Assembly (NCBI RefSeq): GCF_035594765.1
Contig: NC_085842.1
Coordinates: forward strand, 64,766,782 to 64,830,781
Direction: 5' to 3'
Length of the DNA: 64,000 bases
Origin: Anolis carolinensis
Lineage: Eukaryota
This document shows, piece after piece, positions 38,583 to 50,152 of this stretch. The first letter of the stretch is position 1; the number at the start of each line of letters is the position of its first letter. Both the position numbers and the translations under genes were made by a program. The notes under the pieces are model-generated. The model ran no database searches. It was given only the letters and a program-made list of their open reading frames with translations, and was not told the DNA's origin.

Positions 38583-39237
38583 TAATTACTACATATCATT
38601 ACTGCGCATGGAATTACTTTTTCTGTCAAATTTGTTGTATAATATGATGTTTTGGTGCTTAATTTGTATAACGATTACCTAATTTGATGTTTAATCGGCT
38701 TTTCCTGAATCCCTTCTTATTATCCAACATATTCACTTATCCTGCCGGCCTGTTTATGTTGGATAAATGAGACTCTACTGTATATTGATAATCTTATATT
38801 ATCTGCTGAGAACTGGATTATATGAGGCCCCTTCTTCACAGATGTATAGAATGCACACTCAAGTGGATTATATGGTAGAGTGGAGTCAAGATAATCCAGT
38901 GCCATATAATCCAGTGCAAATTAGATAATCTGTGGAAGAAGCCTAAGTGAGGCCTAAATCTGCCTGTCCCCTAACTGAACCCTGGCTGTCCCTTGGCTGA
39001 GTTTGTTGCTAGGAGACCAAGTGGGCAGAGATTAGCCCTCTAAACTGGCAGCAATTGGATAAAAACAATTATTGCTCTCCCTCTAATTAGGACTTTATTT
39101 TTCTTTTCTTTTTGTTGTATCAACCTAGTGGCATGGATGATGGGTTGTGTTGTCAAATTTCGAGGTTGGGGGGCGTGTAGTTTTGTTGTTTTGTGGGTCG
39201 CCGTGATGCCATCACTCATTTATATATATATAGAAGA
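38583..39237 (-). mobile_element. Helitron 5' portion (same family as 16537-18275), 3' end missing
   Basis: Homologous to ~17853-18275; minus-strand start A|TCTTCTATATATA; contains half of a family A MITE (TIR ends 38780). Confidence 0.8.
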
Positions 39238-40856
39238 TAGATAGGCCTTTATTGACCCATGTAGTCATGCCAAATTGACTTTATGGTGGAAATCCAGATT
39301 TGAAAATTGGTATAAAAACATTTTGATGAAAGGTACGAGACTTAGTATTAATTATAGGTTTTGCCTTTTTTCAATTTTGTCGAAGTTTAAACTACCTCTA
39401 TTAGCTAAAGGGCAGTATTGACAACTGAAATATTCGTTACAATCCAGATTTGGTTCTGCATCCCAAGGTTCCCTTAATATTCAGAGACATTAATTAACCC
39501 CAGCCAAGTATCCACACCAACAATTTATACCTGACTAGAACATGTGTGATTTGCAGTAAGATTAGCTTGTTGTTGTTGTTGTTTATTTGTTCAGTCGCTT
39601 CCAACTCTTCATGCCCTCATGGACCAGTCCACTCCAGAGTTCCCTGTCAGCTGTCGCCACCCCCAGCTCCTTCAAGGTCAAGCCAATCACTTCAATGATA
39701 CCATCCATTCATCCTGCCCTTGGTCGACCCCTCTTACTTTTTCCTTCCATTTTCCCCAGCATCATTCTCTTCTCCAAGCTTTCCTGTCTTCTCATGAGCA
39801 TTATTTTCTGAAGTATGGATTGGTTGGATCTTCTTGCGGTCCAAAGCATTCTCAGAATTTTCCTCCAACACCACAGTTCAAAAACGTCTATCTTCCGGGG
39901 ACTTCCGGTGCGCAGGCATGGCGGCGAGATAGGCACTTTAGATCTCTCCGGAGGGTGCCAGCTGAAACCGGGCGACTGGGTAGAGCAATAGCTCCCTCCA
40001 CCTCATGGATTAAGGTGAGGTGGACAGCGGAAACCGGGGGTCAGCCGACGGACCCAGAAGGGGCCCATTCCTCAAGAGTGGGCTCCAAAAGGGACCCGGC
40101 AAAAGACCCATTGGTTAAGGCGGGTCGCGGTGGAAAGCGCGCGGGGGAGAAATCCCCAGCAGGAATCGCCGACCGGGCGCATTGTTTTAATGGAAAAATG
40201 TTGAAACGACAAATGAAACTTAAGATCTAACTAAGGGGCATCGTAACGGAGGTTAGCTCTCTGGAGAATAAGAAGAGAGTAGGAAGAAGACTTGCCTTCC
40301 TGGAGGGGGGAAAAGCTGTGGAGAAGTAAAGCACATAGCGTATGTGCTTACCTGCTTTCCTGCTTAGTGCTATGGCAGAAACTAATCAATATTAAGGATC
40401 GGAAGGGAAAGGAAAAGAAAAAGACTTAAAGGCCAAGGCTAAGGCTAAGGCTAAGGACTAAGAAGGCTAAAAATAAACAACAAATCAAAGCTAGGAAGAT
40501 GGCGGAGTACTGACCTTGGGGGAAGATAAGATAAGAGGCCTCCTTCTTGTAAACAAAGCGAGGTGCAGTGGAAAGCCCCGTTGGAAGAAACCGGAAACAA
40601 CGCAGAAGGGAAACCACGCGAGAGAAAGGAGAGGGAAAGGACGTGACGTGAAGAAGGGCAGAAGAAGCTCAGACGAGGGGGAGACAGAAAGGGCGGAAGC
40701 AAAAGGAAAGAACAGAAGAAACCCACAAAGAAGAGGCAGGAAACGCCAGCAGGATTGAGAGGAGGAAAAAAAAAGAGAAGGGGAGAAGCGGAGAAGGTGA
40801 ATCTCCGAAAGCACGAAAAGAATATTTGAAGAAAAAAAAAATACTCAGAGAACAAG

Positions 40857-41957
40857 ATGGCAACATTTAAATTTAAATCAGACAGAGAAATAAAAGACTC
40901 AAGAGGTGCAATTAGAAGACCATCCCTGAATGAGGAAATGAACCTGAAGGATATGATGAAAGACATGATGAGAGAGATTCAGAAAATTCAGGAGAAGCAA
41001 GACGTATACCAGAAAATTCAACAGGAACAAATGTCGGATTTTAAAAAGGAGATTAAAGAAGAATTGGGGATAATGAAGAGCGAGATTACAACATTACAAC
41101 AGGAAATAAAGGATCTGAAAAATGAAAAGAAAGAACTAAAGATAACTCAAGAAAAGACCCAATATAAACTAAAAGAACTAGAGGAAAAAAATGAAAAAAT
41201 AAACGCAAAACAAGAAGCCATGGAGGCAAGAGAATTGGAACATCAATTAAGAATGAGAAATATACCGGAAGAGCCAGGAGAAAACATAAGAGAGAAAGTA
41301 ATAGAGATACTAATGAAACTCCTGGACTGCTCCGAACAGGAGATACAAGTACAAATGGACAGAACGTACAGGATTAACACAAATTTCTCAAGAAGAAACA
41401 AAACCCCGAGAGACGTGATAGTACACCTTACAAAGAAAATTGCAAGAGATGAAATATTGAGAATAAATAACAAAAAACAGATATTCTACAAAGAGACAAA
41501 AATAGCGATATTGAAGGAAGTACCAAATACAATAATAAATAGAAGGAAAAAATATACCTTCCTGACAGAGGAATTGAAGCAACAGAGGGCGAGATACAGG
41601 TGGGAAAGAGAAGAAGGATTAATGACAACGTATAAAGGTCAAAGGTATTGGATCACAACAGAAGAAAGAGCCCGAGAATTTTACAACACAATAAGAAAGG
41701 AGAAGGATGAAGAGTCTGAAAGGAAACAAAAAGAGAAGAAAAAACCAAAGAGACAACGTATAGAGTCACCCGAAAAAGATGATTTGGACATAAAAGAATG
41801 CAGACTGAACCTAAGGGAAAACATGGAATCTACGAATCTAGGAAAAGTGGAAGAAAGACAGGTGGAAGAGGAACAAGAGGATAGAATGAGAGAAGAAGAG
41901 GAGGAAGAGGAAGAGACAGAAGCAGTGGGTGATAAGGACGAAGATAAATATGAGTGA
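40857..41957 (+). CDS. L1 ORF1p (coiled coil, RRM, CTD), 366 aa, intact
   Basis: Heptad-rich N-terminus; LRMRNIPEE and DRTYRI..PRDVIV RRM-like motifs; upstream of ORF2. Confidence 0.9.
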   Translation: MATFKFKSDREIKDSRGAIRRPSLNEEMNLKDMMKDMMREIQKIQEKQDVYQKIQQEQMSDFKKEIKEELGIMKSEITTLQQEIKDLKNEKKELKITQEKTQYKLKELEEKNEKINAKQEAMEARELEHQLRMRNIPEEPGENIREKVIEILMKLLDCSEQEIQVQMDRTYRINTNFSRRNKTPRDVIVHLTKKIARDEILRINNKKQIFYKETKIAILKEVPNTIINRRKKYTFLTEELKQQRARYRWEREEGLMTTYKGQRYWITTEERAREFYNTIRKEKDEESERKQKEKKKPKRQRIESPEKDDLDIKECRLNLRENMESTNLGKVEERQVEEEQEDRMREEEEEEEETEAVGDKDEDKYE

Positions 41958-44900
41958 ACTTAAAATTTATTCAAACAATATTAACGGACTAAATTCGGCA
42001 ACAAAAAGGAATAAAGTATTTAATGAGCTAAAGAAAAAAAGATACCAGATTATTGCTCTCCAAGAAACCCACATAAACCAAAAACACGTTAAATATCTGG
42101 AGGAAAAAAAACTGGGACAATGCTTTTATGCCTCGGCATTAGAAAAAAAAGGAGGTAGTGATGTATGTAGAAAGGAGAATACCAGCTAAATTAGCTTTTA
42201 AGGATGAGGAGGGTAGATTCATAGGAGTAAAAATAACGATGCAGGGAATAGATATATTAATATGTAACATATATGCACCTAATGGAGCAAAGTCAGCATT
42301 CACAGAAAAACTAAAAGGCAGTATTAATGATCAAGAATATGAACATTTAGTATTAATAGGAGACTTCAACGGTGTAGTAGAGGGGGAAATAGATAGAAGT
42401 AAAGTAGCGAAGAAAGGGAAAAGTAAAAATAATATAGGAAATTTACCAAAAACAATGATGAACATGATGAAGGAATTAAACATTCAGGATAGCTGGAGAA
42501 TAAAAAATGAAGGAGTAAGGGATTTTATTTTTTTCTCGACCAGACACCAAAGCTGGTCGAGAATCGATATGGCGTGGGTGTCAAAGTCCTTAATGCCAAA
42601 AATAAGAAAAACAGTGATATTGCCAAGGTTAGATTCAGACCATTGCCCATTAGAATTAGAGATATTCTACAATAAAAAAGAATGGAAGTGGAGGTTAGAT
42701 GAAAATCTATTGAAGAAAGAGGAAGATATTGAAAGAATAAGGAAAGTAATACAAGAATATTTCGAGATAAATGACACAACAGAGATAGACCTATTTACAT
42801 TGTGGGAAGCAAGCAAAGTAGTAGTAAGAGGGAGATTTATTCAACAAAAAGCAATTAAAAAGAAGGAAAGATTTAAAAAAATGAACAAGATAATTGAAGA
42901 AATAAAAAAGGAAGAAATTAGGTTAAAATCAAACCCAAGAAACAAGGATACCCAGAGGAACATAGAAATCTTACAAAAACAAAGGGAATATTTGATAATG
43001 GAGGAAAGGGCTAATAAACTGAAATTTATAAAGCAAGATTTCTTTCAAAACGCAAATAAACCGGGAAGATGGATGTCTAATAGAATTAAGGAAAGAAAGG
43101 AAAGTAAATATGTAACAAAAATAAAAGAAGGGGACAAAATATATACAAAGGAGGAAGACATAAAAACCCAATTCCAAAAGTTTTACGAAACACTCTACCA
43201 AAAAGAACAAATAGACGAGGAGAAAATAATGAAATACATAGAAGAGAGAAAAGTGACAAAAATCTCAGAAAAACAAAGAGAGGAACTAAATAGTGAAATT
43301 ACAGAGCAGGAGATAAAGAAGGCCATACAAAATTTGAAACCTAATAAGGCCCCAGGCCCAGATGGGCTAACAGCAGTATATTATAAAACCTTCGGCCAAG
43401 AGCTAATACCATACTTGAAAAAAATTATGAATAGGATTAGAGAAATTGCAAAAATGCCGGAAACATGGAAACAAGCAAACATATGTACAATACATAAAGA
43501 AAATTCGGACCCAGAAAAAATTAAAAATTACAGGCCAATTTCACTATTAAATTTGGATTACAAAATTTTTAGCAATATAATAGCGGAAAGATGTAAAAAC
43601 TTTTTAAAAAACTGGATAAAAGAAGAACAAACGGGGTTTTTGCCCAATAGACACCAAAGAGAAAATGTAAGAACCATTATTGACTTGATTGAATATTATG
43701 AAATAAAAAATCAAAAAAAAGTTCTTTTACTGGCCCTCGACGCTGAGAAAGCTTTCGACAATGTAAATTGGTCCTTTTTCAAATTATTAATAAGGGAAAT
43801 GGATATAGGTTATTATTTCCAAAATACAGTTGATGCAATATACACCTCACAAAAGGCAAAAATTCTAATTAACGACCGAGAAACGAAAGATATAAATATA
43901 GAGAAAGGAACTAGGCAAGGCTGCCCCTTATCACCATTAATATTCATTTTGACACTGGAGATACTATTAAACAGAATAAGGGAGGAAGAAGAACTGAAAG
44001 GAGCAAAAATACAGAATTATGAATACAAAATCAGAGCCTTCGCGGATGATATTATATGTGTAATAGAAGACCCTGACACAAAATTAGGAAAATGGCTAGA
44101 GATAATAAGAGAATTCGGAGCAGTAGCAGGATTTAAAATAAATTTGGAAAAAACGAAAGCAATTACCAAAAATATAACAAAGAAGGAACAAGAAACTTTA
44201 ATGAAAAAATGGAATATCCAAATCGCCCCCAAAATAAAATATCTAGGAATAATTATAACCCAGAAAAACTCTCAGCTACTTGAAAATAACTACCTAACAA
44301 AGTGGAAAGAGATGAAGAAGGAAATGGAGATTTGGGGGAAGTTAAAACTGTCACTGTTAGGTAGAATAGCATGTGTAAAAATGAGTATTTTACCAAAAAT
44401 GATATTCCTATTTCAGAATCTGCCGATAATTAGAAATCAAAAGACCCTTAAAGAGTGGAACAGGGACATAATGAAATTTATATGGCAAAAAAAGAAACCG
44501 AGAATAAAGCTGAAATATATGATCCAGGAAAAGAACAGGGGTGGATTAGCGACACCAGACTTAAAACTTTATTTCGAAGCATCGGCTCTAATGTGGGTAC
44601 GAGATTGGACAAAATTAGAAAATAATAAATTGCTAAATTTGGAAGGAATAAATTTAAGATTTGGATGGCACGCATACCTATGGTATGGGAAATCCAAAAT
44701 TGAGAAAGAATTTAATAATCACTTTATACGCTCAGCAATTCTTAAAATTTGGGAAAAATACAAAAAGAAATTATATGACAAAACGCCTTTATGGGTCTCT
44801 CCCCTAGAAGCATCGCAGAGAAGACTACTGGGATGGCACAACTGGCCAAATTATAAAGAATTATTAGTAAAACAGAATGGAGAATGGGAAATAAGACCCC

Positions 44901-45697
44901 AACAGGAATTGAGAGAAATAAATAAAAAGATTTCCTGGTATCAGATATGGCAGGTAAAAGAACATTTTAAGACAGACAAACAAGTAGGATTTGAGGAGCA
45001 AAATACATTTTGGGGAAAAATAACACAAACAGACAGAAAAATAATAACAAAAATCTATAAAAAATTAGTAGAATGGGAAACAGAAAAAGAGGAGGAAAAA
45101 TCACATATGACCAGATGGAATGAAAATATAGGCAGGAAGATTAGGAAAGAAGAATGGGAAGGAATCTGGAGGGAGAAACTGAAATATAGCTATGCAACAG
45201 ATCTAAAGGAGAATTGGATTAAGATGGCTTATAGATGGCACATGACACCACAAAAATTAGGAAAATGTTATAAAAACTTTAAAAAAAATTGTTGGAAGTG
45301 TGAGAAGATTGAGGGTACATACTACCATATGTGGTGGGGATGTGAAAAAGCCAAGATATATTGGAAGAAAATTAGGGGAGACATAGAAAAGATATTAGAG
45401 ATAAAACTGCCAATGAAACCGGAAATATGGTTACTAGGAATAACGGAACAAAAACTAGAAAAAAATAAAGATAAATTATTATTTCTGCTAACGACGGCAG
45501 CAAGGATATGCTATGCGAGGATTTGGAAGAATCCTGAAATCCCTAAAGAAGAAGAATGGTTGAAAAAAATACAAGATATAAAAAATAAGGATAGGCTTAC
45601 TTTCCTTCTATCAAAAAGTAAGGGAAATCCGATAAAAGAAACAAATTGGGACAATGTAACAAAATACCTAGAAGGAAAGATAAAACAATCAAAATAA
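41950..45697 (+). CDS. L1 ORF2p (APE endonuclease, RT, CCHC) with one frameshift at ~42143-42155
   Basis: NINGL, LQETH | IYAPN, GDFN, SRID, SDH; KAPGPDG, QGCPLSP, FADD; CWKC..HMWWGC. ATG at 41950 overlaps the ORF1 stop. Confidence 0.93.
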
Positions 45698-46622
45698 ATA
45701 TAAAAATAAATAAAACAGCAAGACCATAGAATAAAAATGGAAAGACAAGAGACATATATAAAAGAAAAGAAATAAATAAATAAATAGATAAATAAATAAA
45801 CAAAAACAAAGATAATATAAGAAGCAAAGGAAGTCAGGATAAAATGAAAACTAAGAAGGGAAATATTAAAAAACAGAAGATGAAAAAGGAAACCCCCCAT
45901 CATGAATGGAAGAAAGACGGGAAGGAAGGACTCCAGAGAAACGAAATGAAACAAGGAAAAGATTGAAGAATGAAAAGGAAGGGAATCTCCAGGAAGATGC
46001 CCAGAAGTCCAATTTATTTTATATATATTCTCTATTCTCTTTTTTCTTTCTTTTTTCTTTCTTTTTTCTTTTTTTCTTTTTCTTCTTTCTTCTTTTTCCT
46101 TTTCTATCTCACTATTAATCATGCTTATTATCTTATATCTATATTTTAATATGTAAATGGAAAGTTTAATAAAGATTATTTTTTTTTAAAAAAAAAACGT
46201 CTATCTTCCTTCGCTCAGCTTTCCTTATGGTCCAGCTCTCACCTCCATAGGTTACTATGGAGAATACCATTACTTTAACTATGCGGACCTTCATTGCCAG
46301 TGTGATGTCTCTACTCTTTAATATTTTATTGAGATTGGTCATTGCTCTCCCCCCAAGACGTCTTCTAATTTCCTGGCTGCAGTCTGTGTCTGCAGTAATC
46401 TTCACGCCTAGAAATACAAAGTCTGTCACTACCTCCACATTTTCTCTCTCTATTTGCCAGTTATCAATCAGTCTGGCTGTCATAATCTTGGTTTTCTTGA
46501 TGTTTAACTGCAACCCAGCTTTTGCACTTTCTTCTTTCACCTTGGTTATAAGGCTCATCAGCTCCTCCTTGCTTTCAGCCATCAAAGTGGTATCATCTGT
46601 ATATCTAAGGTTGTTAATGTTT

Positions 46623-47569
46623 GGGGTTGTTGTATGTTTTCCGGGCTGTATGGCCATGTTCTAGAAGTATTCTCTCCTGACGTTTCACCCACATCTATGG
46701 CAGGCATCCTCAGAGGTTGTGAGGTATGGAGAAACTAAGCAAGGCAGGTTTATATATATCTGTGGAAAGTCCAGGGTGAGGGAAGAACTCTTTGTCAGTT
46801 GGAGGCCAGTGTGAATGTTGTAGTTAATCGCCTTAATTAGCATTGAATAGCTTCATCTCCTGGCTTCTTCCTGCCTGGGCGTATCTTTTGTTCAAAGTCA
46901 TTAGCTGGCCCTGGTTCCCATGTCTGGAACTCCTCTGTTTTCAGAGTGTTGCTTCTTATTTACTGTTCTGAGTTTTTTTTAATACTGGTAGCCAGATTTT
47001 GTTCATTTTCATGGTTTCCTCCTTTCTGTTGAAGTTGTCCACATGCTTGTGAATTTCAATTGCTTCTCTGTGTAGTCTGGCATGATAGTTGTTGGAGTGG
47101 TCAAGCATTTCTGTGTTCTCAAATAATATACTGTGTCCAGGTTGGTTCATCAAGTGCTCTGCTATGGCTGATTTCTCTGGTTGAGTTAGTCTGCAGTGCC
47201 TTTCATTTGACTCGTGTTTGGGCAATGCTGCATTTGGTGGTCCCTATGTAGACTTGTCCACAGCTGCATGGTATCCGGTAAACTCCTGCAGAGGTGAGAG
47301 GATCCCTCTTGTCCTTCGCTGACCATAGGTGATTAACTACAACATTCACACTGGCCTCCAACTGAAAAAGAGTTCTTCTGTCACCCTGGACTTCCCACAG
47401 ATATATATAAATCTTCCTTGCTTAGTTTCTCCATACCTCACAACTTCTGAGGATGCCTGCCATAGATGTGGGCGAAACGTCAGGAGAGAATACTTCTAGA
47501 ACATGGCCATACAGCCCGGAAAACATACAACAACTCTGTGATCCCGGCCATGAAAGCCTTCAACTACAT
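46623..47569. mobile_element. Penelope/Poseidon insertion with inverted arms (minus 46623-~47322, plus ~47330-47569)
   Basis: 13-bp TSD GTTGTTAATGTTT; minus strand encodes the GIY-YIG motif GVYRIPCSCGQVYIGT at ~47240-47286 and KSAIAEH. Confidence 0.93.
47444..47484 (+). ncRNA. Hammerhead ribozyme motif (antisense twin at 46676-46716)
   Basis: CTGAGGA..GAAACGTC core is intact. Confidence 0.7.
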
Positions 47570-47852
47570 GTTGTTAATGTTTTTTCCAGCAATTTTAACT
47601 CCAGCCTTAGATAGAATGGCTTAGATAATTGGAATATTCAATTCTGATTAATAATTGGTTTTAATTTCTGTAACTTGTATGGCTATAGTTCTCTGACTAT
47701 GTCTAATACAGCAGAAACTGTTCTTTCAGCTAGATTGATTGTCACATCTGTTCAAGAAAAGACTTTTAAAATCAACAAATTGTATGAGATGTAAAACTGC
47801 CAATATTTGTTTAATGCATACATTTCGAGTTGCTACATTTTAGGAGGAAGGT

Positions 47853-48118
47853 GGAGCCCCCAGTGGCGTAATGGGTTAAACCCTTGTGCTAGCAGGACTG
47901 ATGACTGAAAGGTCAGTGGTTCACATCTGGGGAGCTGGGGGAGCTCCTGTCTGTCAGCTTCAACTTCCTATGTAAGGACATGAGAGAAGCCTCCCACAGG
48001 ATGGTAAAACATCAAAACATCTGGGTGTCCCCTGGGCAGTGTTCTTGCAGATGGCCAGTTCTCTCACACCAGAAGCGATTTGCAGTTTCTCAAGTCGCTA
48101 CTGACACGGGGAAAAAAA
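47853..48118 (+). mobile_element. tRNA-derived SINE (Anolis SINE2 type)
   Basis: GGAGCCCCCAGTGGCGTAATGGG A-box head; A-tail; homologous to 26976-27253. Confidence 0.85.
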
Positions 48119-48264
48119 GAGGAAAGAATTGCATAAGTAAATTTTTTTTGGAAAATTCCTTGATATTTAGAGATATGCTTGTTCTTATTAATTATTTTTG
48201 GAAATGAAGAAATGACCAATGGGAGTGAATTTTGCATTCCCCTTTGATTCCTAAAATATTGATA

Positions 48265-48587
48265 CAGTAGAGTTTCACTTATCCAAGACTTGCTTATTCA
48301 AGCCTCTGGATTATCCAAGCCATTTTTGTAGTCAATGTTTTCAATATATTGTGATATTTTGGTACTAAATTTGTAAATACAGTAATTACAACATAACATT
48401 ACTGTGTATTGAACTACTTTTTCTATCCAATTTTTTGTATAACATGATGTTTTGGTGCTTAATTTGTAAAATCATAACCTAATTTGATGTTTAATAGGCT
48501 TTTCCTTAATCCCTCCTTATTATCCAAGATATTTGCTTATCCAAGGTTCTGCCAGCCTGTTTAGCTTGGATAAGTGAGACTCTATTA
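48265..48587. mobile_element. Tc1/mariner MITE (family A)
   Basis: TIRs and TA flanks; similar to 5719-6039. Confidence 0.9.
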
Positions 48588-48719
48588 TACTTCCTTACTG
48601 GAAAGATAACTTTTCTTTGCATATTGAATGGATATGAGAGCTAACATTACTTGCAACATTTAAAATAATGATGTACATAAACAATATTTACAAATGGACT
48701 TATTTCGACATTTGCTCAG

Positions 48720-49535
48720 TGTGATGTCTTGGCCTAGCTTTTTTCTCCTCTGCTTCATTTCCTTGTTTAGTTCTCCCTTTGGTGTGGACTTTTCCATTTG
48801 TACTTAGTTATAGGGGTGGAGCTTAAAACCCTCCTAGAGGCCTGGCTCAGTTGGTTTAGCCTTTTTGTTTCAGAGCTTGCCTGAAAGGCTTTTCTCTTCT
48901 TTTTTGTTCTGTGTCAGAGTTTTAGAGGAGAAGGCCAGAAATTGTCTGGGTTCCTTGGCCTTGGCAATCCAGACAGGCATCCTTAGCACATATTTTACCA
49001 ATATAGAGCGCCTTACCATATCCTCATCATAGTCTAGAATTTACCATAGCAAAGTCCAGTATTTTACCACCAAAATAGTACTTTACCAACATAGCTTAGT
49101 GTACTTCACCATAGTTCTGTACTTTACCATCTTAGTTCTGTAGCCAAGTATTTACCAACAATATAGTCCAGTATTCTACCTTCAATAGCCGAATATTCTA
49201 CCAAGTTATATTCTTCATTTATATCATTCTTGTTCCCAAAAGCATTCCACCGGGTTTCATATTCTTCAACCCCTGTATCTACCCATACTAAGGGTTCAAG
49301 ATGATTTTGTTTGTTTTGCACACTTTGCATCTTTCTTTCTATTTTATGTTTCGGTTTGATTGATGCCCCAGCAAGTCCCCTGGTTTCACTTCCAGCACCC
49401 ACATCTTTGTTTTTAGTGTTTACCTTGGTACTTCCTTTTGGGCTACCATTTTCTTTTCCAAAAGGATTTAGTTAAAGCCCTCTTTATAAGGAGTATCTTG
49501 CTGCAGTTGGACAGTTTCCCCCCAATATTTTCACA
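48720..49535 (+). mobile_element. Probable old solo LTR with degenerate ~25-30 bp internal tandem repeats (48990-49210)
   Basis: TGTGA...TCACA termini and TTTACCA-type repeats; no clean TSD. Confidence 0.4.
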
Positions 49536-49973
49536 CATTAACAGGTCCACTTAGTATACAGCTGCTTTAATGTTTAGTAGGAAATCCCCACAATTGCTTT
49601 CCTTTTCTTCTTGCAGGTAGTGACAAAGTCACTTCTGTACTTGAAGGTGAGCCTTTCGATCATAGTATGTAGCAGCTCTCATTTGCTGGAATTATCAAAG
49701 CCATTTAAGTTGGAACGGTTCTGATGGTGATTTCTTGGTTCCAGAAGTTTGGAATGCTTTCAGATCCTGTTGCTCTTGAAGTAACTGTTTTCCACTCTAT
49801 ACCTTTATCACATTTATGTCTTCCCTTGACAGTTTATTACCGCTTTTGACCTTGCTATAGCACCTCCTCCATTCTTGTTTTAGCAATCTTCATTTTTCTC
49901 TAAGGAGACAAAGTCTAGAAATCTACTTCTGTGGTCCTTTTATCTTTGGAAAGAGTGGCCAGCTTTCATTTGA

Positions 49974-50152
49974 TTGTTGTTGTTATATACATTTAAATCA
50001 ACTACAAATTATGGTGCCCTACTAAGGACTTTCTTCACAAGATTTATTCAGGGGAGGTTTGCCAATGCCCCCTCTGAGAGAGTGTGACTTGGCCAAGGTC
50101 ATCTAGTAGGTTTCCATGGCTGAGTAGGGATTTGAATTCTGGTCTCCTGGAG
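49974..50152 (-). mobile_element. Old SINE fragment
   Basis: (TTG)n tail; GTGACTTGGCCAAGGTCA..GGATTTGAA CORE-like motif. Confidence 0.5.

Larger units (their letters stand above)
39897..46192 (+). mobile_element. Full-length L1 retrotransposon (~6.3 kb)
   Basis: 17-bp TSD AAAAACGTCTATCTTCC (39880-39896, 46193-46209); CpG-rich 5' UTR; ORF1; ORF2; AATAAA at 46168 and A-tail. Confidence 0.97.
39567..47607 (-). mobile_element. RTE/BovB-like LINE 3' fragment (39567-39896, 46193-46622, 47570-47607), split by L1 and Penelope insertions
   Basis: (CAA)n tail; peptides NINNLRYTDDTTLMAES..GLQLNIKKTKIM and KIDVFELWCWRKILR. Confidence 0.9.

Noticed and set aside
39619-40230. 203-aa ORF
   Set aside because: Spans the RTE-antisense/L1 5' UTR junction; GC-rich chance ORF with no recognisable domain.
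45511-46122. 203-aa hydrophobic minus-strand ORF
   Set aside because: Low-complexity antisense of the A-rich L1 3' UTR.
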